From the human T2T-CHM13v2.0 reference genome, Homo sapiens: a stretch of 64,000 bases of DNA. The notes under the pieces were generated by a model. The model searched no databases. It saw nothing but the letters and a program-made list of their open reading frames with translations, and had not been told where the DNA came from. Where the stretch lies: the NCBI RefSeq assembly GCF_009914755.1, contig NC_060946.1. One strand, 5' to 3'. Below are positions 14,301-26,600 of this stretch, piece by piece. The number at the start of each line of letters is the position of its first letter. Position 1 is the stretch's first letter. The position numbers and the translations under genes were made by a program.

Positions 14301-14585
14301 TTCTGTGAGACGAAAGCACACATCACAACGAAGTTTCTTAGAAAGCGTCTGTGAAGTTTTTATGTGAAGATACTTCACATTGCATCACAGTACTCAAGGG
14401 GCTCAGAAATATCCCCTTGCAGATCCTACAAAAGGACTGTTTCAAAACTGCTCAATCCAAAGAAAGTTTCAACTATGTGAGACGAATGCACACGTCACGA
14501 AGAAGTGCCTCAGAATGCTTCTGTCTAGTTTATATGTGAAGAAGATTCCTATTCCACCATAGGCAATAAAGGGCTCACAAATATG

Positions 14586-14612
14586 TTTTGCAGATTCTAC
14601 AAAAAGACTGTA
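14586..14612. other. In-register crossover interval between HOR variants A and B
   Basis: The last A-specific allele is the g at 14585 (aaatatGttttg; B has aaatattttttg). The first B-specific allele is the t at 14613 (actgtaTcc; A has actgtaccc). Monomer order is continuous across the switch. Confidence 0.9.
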
Positions 14613-17600
14613 TCCAAACTGCTCAATAAAAATAAAGTTTTAACTCTGTTTGATTAATGGACACATCGAAAGGTAGTTTCTCAGAAAACTTCTGTTTAGT
14701 TTTTATGTGAAGATATTTCCTTTGTCACCATTGGCCTCAAAGCCCTGCTAATATCCATTTACAGATTTCACAAAAAGAGTGTTTCCAAACAGCTCAATCA
14801 AAAGAAAGTGTTTAACTCTGTGAGGTGAAAGCACACATCTCCAAGAAGTTTCTCAGAAAGCTTCGGTCTACTTTTCATGTGAAGATATTTCCAGTTTCAC
14901 CGTAGGCCTCAAAGGGCTAAGAAATATCCCTTTCCAGATTCTAAAAGACGACCGTTTCCATACTTCTGAATCCAAAGAAAGGTTAAATTCTCTGAGGTTA
15001 ATGCCCACGTCAGAATGAAGTTTCTCAGAATTCTCCTGTCTAGTTTCTATGTGAAGATATTTACTATTTCACTATAGGCTTCAAAGGTCTCAAAAATATC
15101 CCTTTGCAGATTCTACAAAAATATGGTTTCCACAGTGCTGAATTAAAAGAAACCTTCAACTCTGTCAGATGAATGGAGCCATCACAAAGAAGTTCCTCGG
15201 AATGCTTCTGTCTAGTTTAAATGTGAAGATATTTCTCTTTCACCACAGACCTCAAATGGCTCAGAAATATGCCTTTGCAGATTGCAGAAAAAGACTGTCT
15301 CTAAACTGCTCAAATAAAATAAAGTTTCAACACTGTGAGATGAATGCACACATCACAAAGAAGTTTCTCAGAAAGATTCTGTCTAGTTTTTATGTGAAGA
15401 TATTTCCTTTTTCACCATAGTCCTTACACCGCTCACAAATATCCTTCTGCAGATACTAGAAAAGACTGTTTCCAAATTGCTCCATCAATAGAAAATTTCA
15501 CCTACCTGAGATGAATGCACACATCATAAAGAAGTTTCTCAGAATTCTTCTGTCTAGATTTTATGTGAAGATATTTCCATTTTCACCTTAGGCCACAAAG
15601 CGCTCCACACATCCCTTTGCAGATGATACGAAAAGACTGTTTCCAAACTGCTCAATCAAAGAAATTTCCAACTCTGTGAGATGAAAGCACCCATCACAAA
15701 AAAGTTTCTCAGAAATCTTCTGTCTAGTTTTTATCTCAAGAGAATTCCTATTTTGCCATAGGAATCAAGGGGCTCACAAATATCCCTTTGCAGATTCTAC
15801 AAAAGTTCTGTTTACAAACCTCTCAATCAAAAGAAACGTTCAACATTGTGAGATGAATGAACACATCACAAAGAAGTTTCTCAGAATGCTTCTGTCTGGT
15901 TACTCTGTGAAGGTATTTCTTTTTTCACCACAGTCTTTAAGCCACTCAAAAATATCTGTCTGCAGACACTACAAAAAGACTGTTTCCAAAATGGCCCATA
16001 TAGCATGTTTCAACTATGTGAAATGAATGCACTCATCAAAGAGAAGTTTCTCAGAATTCTTCTGTCTAGTTTTTATGTGAAGATATTTCCTTCTTCACCG
16101 TAGGCCGCAAATTGCTCCAAATATCCATTTGCGGATTCTACAGAAAGAATGTTTCCAAACTGGTCAATCAACAGAAAGGCTCAACTCTGTGAGACGAAAG
16201 CACACATCACAAAGAAGTTTCTCAGAAAGCTTCTGTCTACATTTTATGTGAAGGTATTTCCTTTGGCACCGTAGGCCTTAAACCACTCACAAACATAACT
16301 CCGCTTATACTACCAAGAGACTTTCTCCAAATTGCTAAATCAAAAGAAACGTTCAACTCTGTGAGATGAATACACACATCAAAAAGAAGTTTCTCAAAAT
16401 GCTTCTTTCTAGTTTTCACGTGAAGATATTTATTTTTCACCATTGGCCCCAAACGGCTCAGAAATGTCCCTTTGCAGTTTGTAGGAAAAGACTGTTTCCA
16501 AACTGCTCAATGAGAAGAAATGGTCAACTATGAGAGATGAATGGAAATGTCACAAAGAGTTTTCTCAAAAAGCTACTGTGTCGTTTTTATGTGAAGACGT
16601 TTCCTTTTTCACTCTAGGCCTTAAAACTCTCTAAATATACATTCACAGATTCTACAAAAAGACTGATTCCAAACTGCTCAATCAGAAGAAAGGTTCAATT
16701 CCGTGTGACAAACGTGCACATCACAAAGAAATTTGTCAGAAAGCTTCTGTCTACTTTTTACGTGAAGATATTTCATATTTCAACAAAGGCCATAAAGGGC
16801 TCACAAATATCCCTTTGCAGATTCTAAGAAAAGACATTTTCCAAACTCCTCAATCAAAAGAAAGGTTTCACTCTGTGCGATGAATGGACACATCACAAAG
16901 AAGTTTCTCAGAAAGCTTCTGTCTACTTTTTATGTGAGGCTATTTCTTGTTCACCATAGGCCTCAAGCAGCTAAGAAATTTCCCTCTGCAGCTTCTACAA
17001 AAGACTGGTTCCAAACTGCTCAACTGAAAGGAAGGTTGAATTCTGTGACATGAATTCACACATCACAAAGAGGTTTTTCAGAAATCTTCTGTCTAGTTTT
17101 TATGTGAAGATACTTCCTTTTTCACCAAGGGCCTCAAATATCTCCAAATATCCATTTGCAGATTCTACAGAAAGACTTCCCAAACTGCTCAATCAAAAGA
17201 AAGGTTCAACACAGTGAGATGAAGGCACACATCACAAAGAAGTTTCTCAGAAATCTCCTGTCTAGTTTTTATGTGAAGATATTTCGTATTTCACCACAGG
17301 CCATAAGGGGCTCACAAATATCCCTTTGCAGGTTCTACAAAAAGACTGTTTCCAAACTGCTCAATCAAAAGAAAGGTTCAACTCTGTGACGTGAATGGAC
17401 ACATCGCAGGAAATTTCTTGGAATGATTCCGTCTAGTTTTTATGGGAAGATGTTTCTCTTTCACCATAAGCCTCAAACGATTCAGAATTCTCCCTTTGCA
17501 GATTGTACAATAAGCCTCTTTCCAATCTGTTCAATCAAAAGAAAGTTTCAACTCTGTGAGGTGAATGCACACATCACAAGGGAGTTTCTCAGAAAGCTTC

Positions 17601-20600
17601 TGTTTAGTTTTTACGTGAAGATGTTTCGTTTTTCAACATGGGCCTCAGAAGCTCTCCAAATATCCATTTGCAGATTCTAGAAAAAGAGTGTTTCCAAACT
17701 CCTCAATCAAAAGAAAGTTTCAATTCCGTGAGATGAAAACACACATCACACCGAAGTTTCTTAGAAAGCTTCTGTCTAGTTTTTATGTGAAGATACTTCA
17801 CAGTGCATCATAGTACTCAATGGGCTCAGAAATATCCCTTGGCAGATTCTACAAAAAGACTGTTTCAAAACTGCTCAATCCAAAGAAAGTTTCAACTATG
17901 TGAGATGAATGCACACATCACAAAGAAGTTCCTCAGAATGCTTCTGTCTAGCTTATATGTGAAGAAGATTCCTATTTCACCATAGGCAATAAAGGGCTCG
18001 CAAATATTTTTTGCAGATTCTACAAAAAGACTGTATCCAAACTGCTCAATAAAAACAAAGTTTTAACTCTGTTTGACTAATGGACACATCGAAAGGTAAT
18101 TTCTCAGAAAACTTCTGTTTAGTTTTTATGTGAAGATATTTCCTTTGTCACCATTGGCCTCAAAGCACTCCTAATATCCATTTACAGATTTCACAAAAAG
18201 AGTGTTTCCAAACAGCTCAATCAAAAGAAAGTGTTTAACTCTGTGAGGTGAAAGCACACATCTCCAAGAAGTTTCTCAGAAAGCTTCGGTCTACTTTTCA
18301 TGTGAAGATATTTCCAGTTTCACCGTAGGCCTCAAAGGGCTAAGAAATATCCCTTTCCAGATTCTAAAAGACGACCGTTTCCATACTTCTGAATCCAAAG
18401 AAAGGTTAAATTCTCTGAGGTTAATGCCCACGTCAGAATGAAGTTTCTCAGAATTCTCCTGTCTAGTTTCTATGTGAAGATATTTACTATTTCACTATAG
18501 GCTTCAAAGGTCTCAAAAATATCCCTTTGCAGATTCTACAAAAATATGGTTTCCACAGTGCTGAATTAAAAGAAACCTTCAACTCTGTCAGATGAATGGA
18601 GACATCACAAAGAAGTTCCTCGGAATGCTTCTGTCTAGTTTAATGTGAAGATATTTCTCTTTCACCACAGACCTCAAATGGCTCAGAAATATGCCTTTGC
18701 AGATTGCAGAAAAAGACTGTCTCTAAACTGCTCAAATAAAATAAAGTTTCAACACTGTGAGATGAATGCACACATCACAAAGAAGTTTCTCAGAAAGCTT
18801 CTGTCTAGTTTTTATGTGAAGATATTTCCTTTTTCAGCGTAGTCCTTACACCGCTCACAAATATCCTTCTGCAGATACTAGAAAAAGACTGCTTCCGAAC
18901 TGCTCCATCAAAAGAAAATTTCACCTACCTGAGATGAATGCACACATCACAAAGAAGTTTCTCAGAATTCTTCTGTCTAGATTTTATGTGAAGATATTTC
19001 CATTTTCACCTTAGGCCACAAAGCGCTCCACACATCCCTTTGCAGATGATACGAAAAGACTGTTTCCAAACTGCTCAATCAAAAGAAATTTTCAACTCTG
19101 TGAGATGAAAGCACCCATCACAAAAAAGTTTCTCAGAAATCTTCTGTCTAGTTTTTATCTCAAGATAATTCCTATTTTGCCATAGGAATCAAGGGGCTCA
19201 CAAATATCCCTTTGCAGATTCTACAAAAGTTCTGTTTACAAACCTCTCAATCAAAAGAAACGTTCAACATTCTGAGATGAATGAACACATCACAAAGAAG
19301 TTTCTCAGAATGCTTCTGTCTGGTTACTCTGTGAAGATATTTCTTTTTTCACCACAGTCTTTAAGCCACTCAAAAATATCTGTCTGCAGACACTACAAAA
19401 AGACTGTTTCCAAACTGGCCCATATAGCATGTTTCAACTATGTGAAATGAATGCACTCATCAAAGAGAAGTTTCTCAGAATTCTTCTGTCTAGTTTTTAT
19501 GTGAAGATATTTCCTTCTTCACCGTAGGCCGCAAATTGCTCCAAATATCCATTTGCGGATTCTACAGAAAGAATGTTTCCAAACTGGTCAATCAACAGAA
19601 AGGCTCAACTCTGTGAGACGAAAGCACACATCACAAAGAAGTTTCTCAGAAAGCTTCTGTCTACATTTTATGTGAAGGTATTTCCTTTGGCACCGTAGGC
19701 CTTAAACCACTCACAAACATAACTCCGCTTATACTACCAAGAGACTTTCTCCAAATTGCTAAATCAAAAGAAACGTTCAACTCTGTGAGATGAATACACA
19801 CATCAAAAAGAAGTTTCTCAAAATGCTTCTGTCTAGTTTTCATGTGAAGATATTTATTTTTCACCATTGGCCCCAAACGGCTCAGAAATATCCCTTTGCA
19901 GTTTGTAGGAAAAGACTGTTTCCAAACTGCTCAATGAAAAGAAATGGTCAACTATTAGAGATGAATGGAAATGTCACAAAGAGTTTTCTCAAAAAGCTAC
20001 TGTGTCGTTTTTATGTGAAGACGTTTCCTTTTTCACTCTAGGCCTTAAAACTCTCTAAATATACATTCACAGATTCTACAAAAAGACTGATTCCAAACTG
20101 CTCAATCAGAAGAAAGGTTCAATTCCGTGTGACAAACGTGCACATCACAAAGAAATTTGTCAGAAAGCTTCTGTCTACTTTTTACGTGAAGATATTTCAT
20201 ATTTCAACAAAGGCCATAAAGGGCTCACAAATATCCCTTTGCAGATTCTAAGAAAAGACATTTTCCAAACTCCTCAATCAAAAGAAAGGTTTCACTCTGT
20301 GCGATGAATGGACACATCACAAAGAAGTTTCTCAGAAAGCTTCTGTCTACTTTTTATGTGAGGCTATTTCTTGTTCACCATAGGCCTCAAGCAGCTAAGA
20401 AATTTCCTTCTGCAGCTTCTACAAAAGACTGGTTCCAAACTGCTCAACTGAAAGGAAGGTTGAATTCTGTGACATGAATTCACACATCACAAAGAGGTTT
20501 TTCAGAAATCTTCTGTCTAGTTTTTATGTGAAGATACTTCCTTTTTCACCAAGGGCCTCAAATATCTCCAAATATCCATTTGCAGATTCTACAGAAAGAC

Positions 20601-23600
20601 TTCCCAAACTGCTCAATCAAAAGAAAGGTTCAACACAGTGAGATGAAGGCACACATCACAAAGAAGTTTCTCAGAAATCTCCTGTCTAGTTTTTATGTGA
20701 AGATATTTCGTATTTCACCACAGGCCATAAGGGGCTCACAAATATCCCTTTGCAGGTTCTACAAAAAGCCTGTTTCCAAACTGCTCAATCAAAAGAATGG
20801 TTCAACTCTGTGACGTGAATGGACACATCGCAGAAAATTTCTTGGAATCATTCCGTCTAGTTTTTATGGGAAGATGTTTCTCTTTCACCATAAGCCTCAA
20901 ACGGATCAGAATTCTCCCTTTGCAGATTGTACAATAAGCCTCTTTGCAATCTTCTCAATCAAAAGAAAATTTCAACTCTGTGAGGTGAATGCACACATCA
21001 CAAGGGAGTTTCTCAGAAAGCTTCTGTTTAATTTTTACGTGAAGATGTTTCGTTTTTCAACATGGGCCTCAGAATCTCTCCAAATATCCATTTGCAGATT
21101 CTAGAAAAAGAGTGTTGCCAAACTCCTCAATCAAAAGAAAGTTTCAATTCCGTGAGATGAAAACACACATCACACCGAAGTTTCTTAGAAAGCTTCTGTC
21201 TAGTTTTTATGTGAAGATACTTCACAGTACATCATAGTACTCAATGGGCTCAGAAATATCCCTTGGCAGATTCTACAAAAGGACTGTTTCAAAACTGCTC
21301 AATCCAAAGAAAGTTTCAACTATGTGAGATGAATGCACACATCACAAAGAAGTTCCTCAGAATGCTTCTGTCTAGTTTATATGTGAAGAAGATTCCTATT
21401 TCACCATTGGCAATAAAGGGCTCGCAAATATTTTTTGCAGATTCTACAGAAAGACTGTATCCAAACTGCTCAATAAAAAGAAAGTTTTAACTCTGTTTGA
21501 TTAATGGACACATCGAAAAGTAGTTTCTCAGAAAACTTCTGTTTAGTTTTTATGTGAAGATATTTCCTTTGTCACCATTGGCCTCAAAGCACTCCTAATA
21601 TCCATTTACAGATTTCACAAAAAGAGTGTTTCCAAACAGCTCAATCAAAAGAAAGTGTTTAACTCTGTGAGGTGAAAGCACACATCTCCAAGAAGTTTCT
21701 CAGAAAGCTTCGGTCTACTTTTCATGTGAAGATATTTCCAGTTTCACCGTAGGCCTCAAAGGGCTAAGAAATATCCCTTTCCAGATTCTAAAAGACGATC
21801 GTTTCCATACTTCTGAATCCAAAGAAAGGTTAAATTCTCTGAGGTTAATGCCCACGTCAGAATGAAGTTTCTCAGAATTCTCCTGTCTAGTTTCTATGTG
21901 AAGATATTTACTATTTCACTATAAGCTTCAAAGGTCTCAAAAATATCCCTTTGCAGATTCTACAAAAATATGGTTTCCACAGTGCTGAATTAAAAGAAAC
22001 CTTCAACTCTGTCAGATGAATGGAGACATCACAAAGAAGTTCCTCGGAATGCTTCTGTCTAGTTTAAATGTGAAGATATTTCTCTTTCACCACAGACCTC
22101 AAATGGCTCAGAAATATGTCTTTGCAGATTGCAGAAAAAGACTGTCTCTAAACTGCTCAAATAAAATAAAGTTTCAACACTGTGAGATGAATGCACACAT
22201 CACAAAGAAGTTTCTCAGAAAGCTTCTGTCTAGTTTTTATGTGAAGATATTTCCTTTTTCAGCATAGTCCTTACATCGCTCACAAATATCCTTCTGCAGA
22301 TACTAGAAAAAGACTGTTTCCAAACTGCTCCATCAAAAGAAAATTTCACCTACCTGAGATGAATGCACACATCATAAAGAAGTTTCTCAGAATTCTTCTG
22401 TCTAGATTTTATGTGAAGATATTTCCATTTTCACCTTAGGCCACAAAGCGCTCCACACATCCTTTTGCAGATGATACGAAAAGACTGTTTCCAAACTGCT
22501 CAATCAAAAGAAATTTTCAACTCTGTGAGATGAAAGCACCCATCACAAAAAAGTTTCTCAGAAACCTTCTGTCTAGTTTTTATCTCAAGATAATTCCTAT
22601 TTTGCCATAGTAATCAAGGGGCTCACAAATATCCCTTTGCAGATTCTACAAATGTTCTGTTTACAAACCTCTCAATCAAAAGGAACGTTCAACATTGTGA
22701 GATGAATGAACACATCACAAAGAAGTTTCTCAGAATGCTTCTGTCTGCTTACTCTGTGAAGATATTTCTTTTTTCACCACAGTCTTTAAGCCACTCAAAA
22801 ATATCTGTCTGCAGACACTACAAAAATACTGTTTCCAAACTGGCCCATATAGCATGTTTCAACTATGTGAAAGGAATGCACTCATCAAAGAGAAGTTTCT
22901 CAGAATTCTTCTGTCTAGTTTTTATGTGAAGATATTTCCTTCTTCACCGTAGGCCGCAAATTGCTCCAAATATCCATTTGCGGATTCTACAGAAAGAATG
23001 TTTCCAAACTGGTCAATCAACAGAAAGGCTCAACTCTCTGAGACGAAAGCACACATCATAAAGAAGTTTCTCAGAAAGCTTCTGTCTACTTTTTATGTGA
23101 GGCTATTTCTTGTTCACCATAGGCCTCAAGCAGCTAAGAAATTTCCCTCTGCAGCTTCTACAAAAGACTGGTTCCAAACTGCTCAACTGAAAGGAAGGTT
23201 GAATTCTGTGACATGAATTCACACATCACAAAGAGGTTTTTCAGAAATCTTCTGTCTAGTTTTTATGTGAAGATACTTCCTTTTTCACCAAGGGCCTCAA
23301 ATATCTCCAAATATCCATTTGCAGATTCTACAGAAAGACTTCCCAAACTGCTCAATCAAAAGAAAGGTTCAACACAGTGAGATGAAGGCACACATCACAA
23401 AGAAGTTTCTCAGAAATCTCCTGTCTAGTTTTTATGTGAAGATATTTCGTATTTCACCACAGGCCATAAGGGGCTCACAAATATCCCTTTGCAGGTTCTA
23501 CAAAAAGACTGTTTCCAAACTGCTCAATCAAAAGAAAGGTTCAACTCTGTGACGTGAATGGACACATCGCAGAAAATTTCTTGGAACGATTCCGTCTAGT

Positions 23601-26600
23601 TTTTATGGGAAGATGTTTCTCTTTCACCATAAGCCTCAAACGGATCAGAATTCTCCCTTTGCAGATTGTACAATAAGCCTCTTTCCAATCTGCTCAATCA
23701 AAAGAAAGTTTCAACTCTGTGAGGTGAATGCACACATCACAAGGGAGTTTCTCAGAAAGCTTCTGTTTAGTTTTTACGTGAAGATGTTTCGTTTTTCAAC
23801 ATGGGCCTCAGAATCTCTCCAAATATCCATTTGCAGATTCTAGAAAAAGAGTGTTTCCAAACTCCTCAATCAAAAGAAAGTTTCAATTCCCTGAGATGAA
23901 AACACACATCACACCGAAGTTTCTTAGAAAGCTTCTGTCTAGTTTTTATGTGAAGATACTTCACAGTGCATCATAGTACTCAATGGGCTCAGAAATATCC
24001 CTTGGCAGATTCTACAAAAGGACTGTTTCAAAACTGCTCAATCCAAAGAAAGTTTCAACTATGTGAGATGAATGCACACATCACAAAGAAGTTCCTCAGA
24101 ATGCTTCTGTCCAGTTTATATGTGAAGAAGATTCCTATTTCACCATAGGCAATAAAGGGCTCGCAAATATTTTTTGCAGATTCTACAGAAAGACTGTATC
24201 CAAACTGCTCAATAAAAAGAAAGTTTTAACTCTGTTTGATTAATGGACACATCGAAAAGTAGTTTCTCAGAAAACTTCTGTTTAGTTTTTATGTGAAGAT
24301 ATTTCCTTTGTCACCATTGGCCTCAAAGCACTCCTAATATCCATTTACAGATTTCACAAAAAGAGTGTTTCCAAACAGCTCAATCAAAAGAAAGTGTTTA
24401 ACTCTGTGAGGTGAAAGCACACATCTCCAAGAAGTTTCTCAGAAAGCTTCGGTCTACTTTTCATGTGAAGATATTTCCAGTTTCACCGTAGGCCTCAAAG
24501 GGCTAAGAAATATCCCTTTCCAGATTCTAAAAGACGACCGTTTCCATACTTCTGAATCAAAAGAAAGGTTAAATTCTCTGAGGTTAATGCCCACGTCAGA
24601 ATGAAGTTTCTCAGAACTCTCCTGTCTAGTTTCTATGTGAAGATATTTACTATTTCACTATAGGCTTCAAAGGTCCCAAAAATATCCCTTTGCAGATTCT
24701 ACAAAAAGATGGTTTCCACAGTGCTGAATTAAAAGAAACCTTCAGCTCTGTCAGATGAATGGAGACATCACAAAGAAGTTCCTCGGAATGCTTCTGTCTA
24801 GTTTAAATGTGAAGATATTTCTCTTTCACCACAGACCTCAAATGGCTCAGAAATATGCCTTTGCAGATTGCAGAAAAAGACTGTCTCCAAACTGCTCAAA
24901 TAAAATAAAGTTTCAACACTGTGAGATGAATGCACACATCACAAAGAAGTTTCTCAGAAAGCTTCTCTCTAGTTTTTATGTGTAGATATTTCCTTTTTCA
25001 GCGTAGTCCTTACACCGCTCACAAATATCCTTCTGCAGATACTAGAAAAAGACTGTTTCCAAACTGCTCCATCAAAAGAAAATTTCACCTACCTGAGATG
25101 AATGCACACATCACAAAGAAGTTTCTCAGAATTCTTCTGTCTAGATTTTATGTGGAGATATTTCCATTTTCACCTTAGGCCTCAAAGCGCTCCACACATC
25201 CCTTTGCAGATGATACGAAAAGACTGTTTCCAAACTGCTCAATCAAAAGAAATTTTCAACTCTGTGAGATGAAAGCACCCATCACAAAAAAGTTTCTCAG
25301 AAATCTTCTGTCTAGTTTTTATCTCAAGAGAATTCCTATTTTGCCATAGGAATCAAGGGGCTCACAAATATCCCTTTGCAGATTCTACAAAAGTTCTGTT
25401 TACAAACCTCTCAATCAAAAGAAACGTTCAACATTGTGAGATGAATGAACACATCACAAAGAAGTTTCTCAGAATGCTTCTCTCTGGTTACTCTGTGAAG
25501 ATATTTCTTTTTTCACCACAGTCTTTAAGCCACTCAAAAATATCTGTCTGCAGACACTACAAAAAGACTGTTTCCAAACTGGCCCATATAGCATGTTTCA
25601 ACTATGTGAAATGAATGCACTCATCAAAGAGAAGTTTCTCAGAATTCTTCTGTCTAGTTTTTATGTGAAGATATTTCCTTCTTCACCGTAGGCCGCAAAT
25701 TGCTCCAAATATCCATTTGCGGATTCTACAGAAAGAATGTTTCCAAACTGGTCAATCAACAGAAAGGCTCAACTCTGTGAGACGAAAGCACACATCACAA
25801 AGAAGTTTCTCAGACAGCTTCTGTCTACATTTTATGTGAAGGTATTTCCTTTGGCACCGTAGGCCTTAAACCACTCACAAACATAACTCCGCTTATACTA
25901 CCAAGAGACTTTCTCCAAATTGCTAAATCAAAAGAAACGTTCAACTCTGTGAGAAGAATACACACATCAAAAAGAAGTTTCTCAAAATGCTTCTGTCTAG
26001 TTTTCATGTGAAGATATTTATTTTTCACCATTGGCCCAAAACGGCTCAGAAATATCCCTTTGCAGATTGTAGGAAAGGACTGTTTCCAAACTGCTCAATG
26101 AAAAGAAATGGTCAACTATTAGAGATGAATGGAAATGTCACAAAGAGTTTTCTCAAAAAGCTACTGTGTCGTTTTTATGTGAAGACGTTTCCTTTTTCAC
26201 TCTAGACCTTAAAACTCTCTAAACATACATTCACAGATTCTACAAAAAGATTGATTCCAAACTGCTCAATCAGAAGAAAGGTTCAATTCCGTGTGACAAA
26301 CGTACACATCACAAAGAAATTTGTCAGAAACCTTCTGTCTACTTTTTACGTGGAGATATTTCATATATCAACAAAGGCCATAAAGGGCTCACAAATATCC
26401 CTTTGCAGATTCTAAGAAAAGACATTTTCCAAACTCCTCAATCAAAAGAAAGGTTTCACTCTGTGCGATGAATGGACACATCACAAAGAAGTTTCTCAGA
26501 AAGCTTCTGTCTAGTTTTTATGTGAGGCTATTTCTTGTTCACCATAGGCCTCAAGCAGCTAAGAAATTTCCTCTGCAGCTTCTACAAAAGACTGGTTCCA

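Larger units (their letters stand above)
1..14585 (-). repeat. Sister HOR variant A: ~4.3 near-identical copies, period exactly 3427 bp
   Basis: The same ORF recurs at 292, 3719, 7146, 10573 and 14000 (spacing 3427). Diagnostic alleles are a 2-bp insertion in gaatggagag(g/a)catc, gtttcccggaaag, aaagcgtctgtgaag and actgtaccc. Only a handful of SNVs separate copies. Confidence 0.97.
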
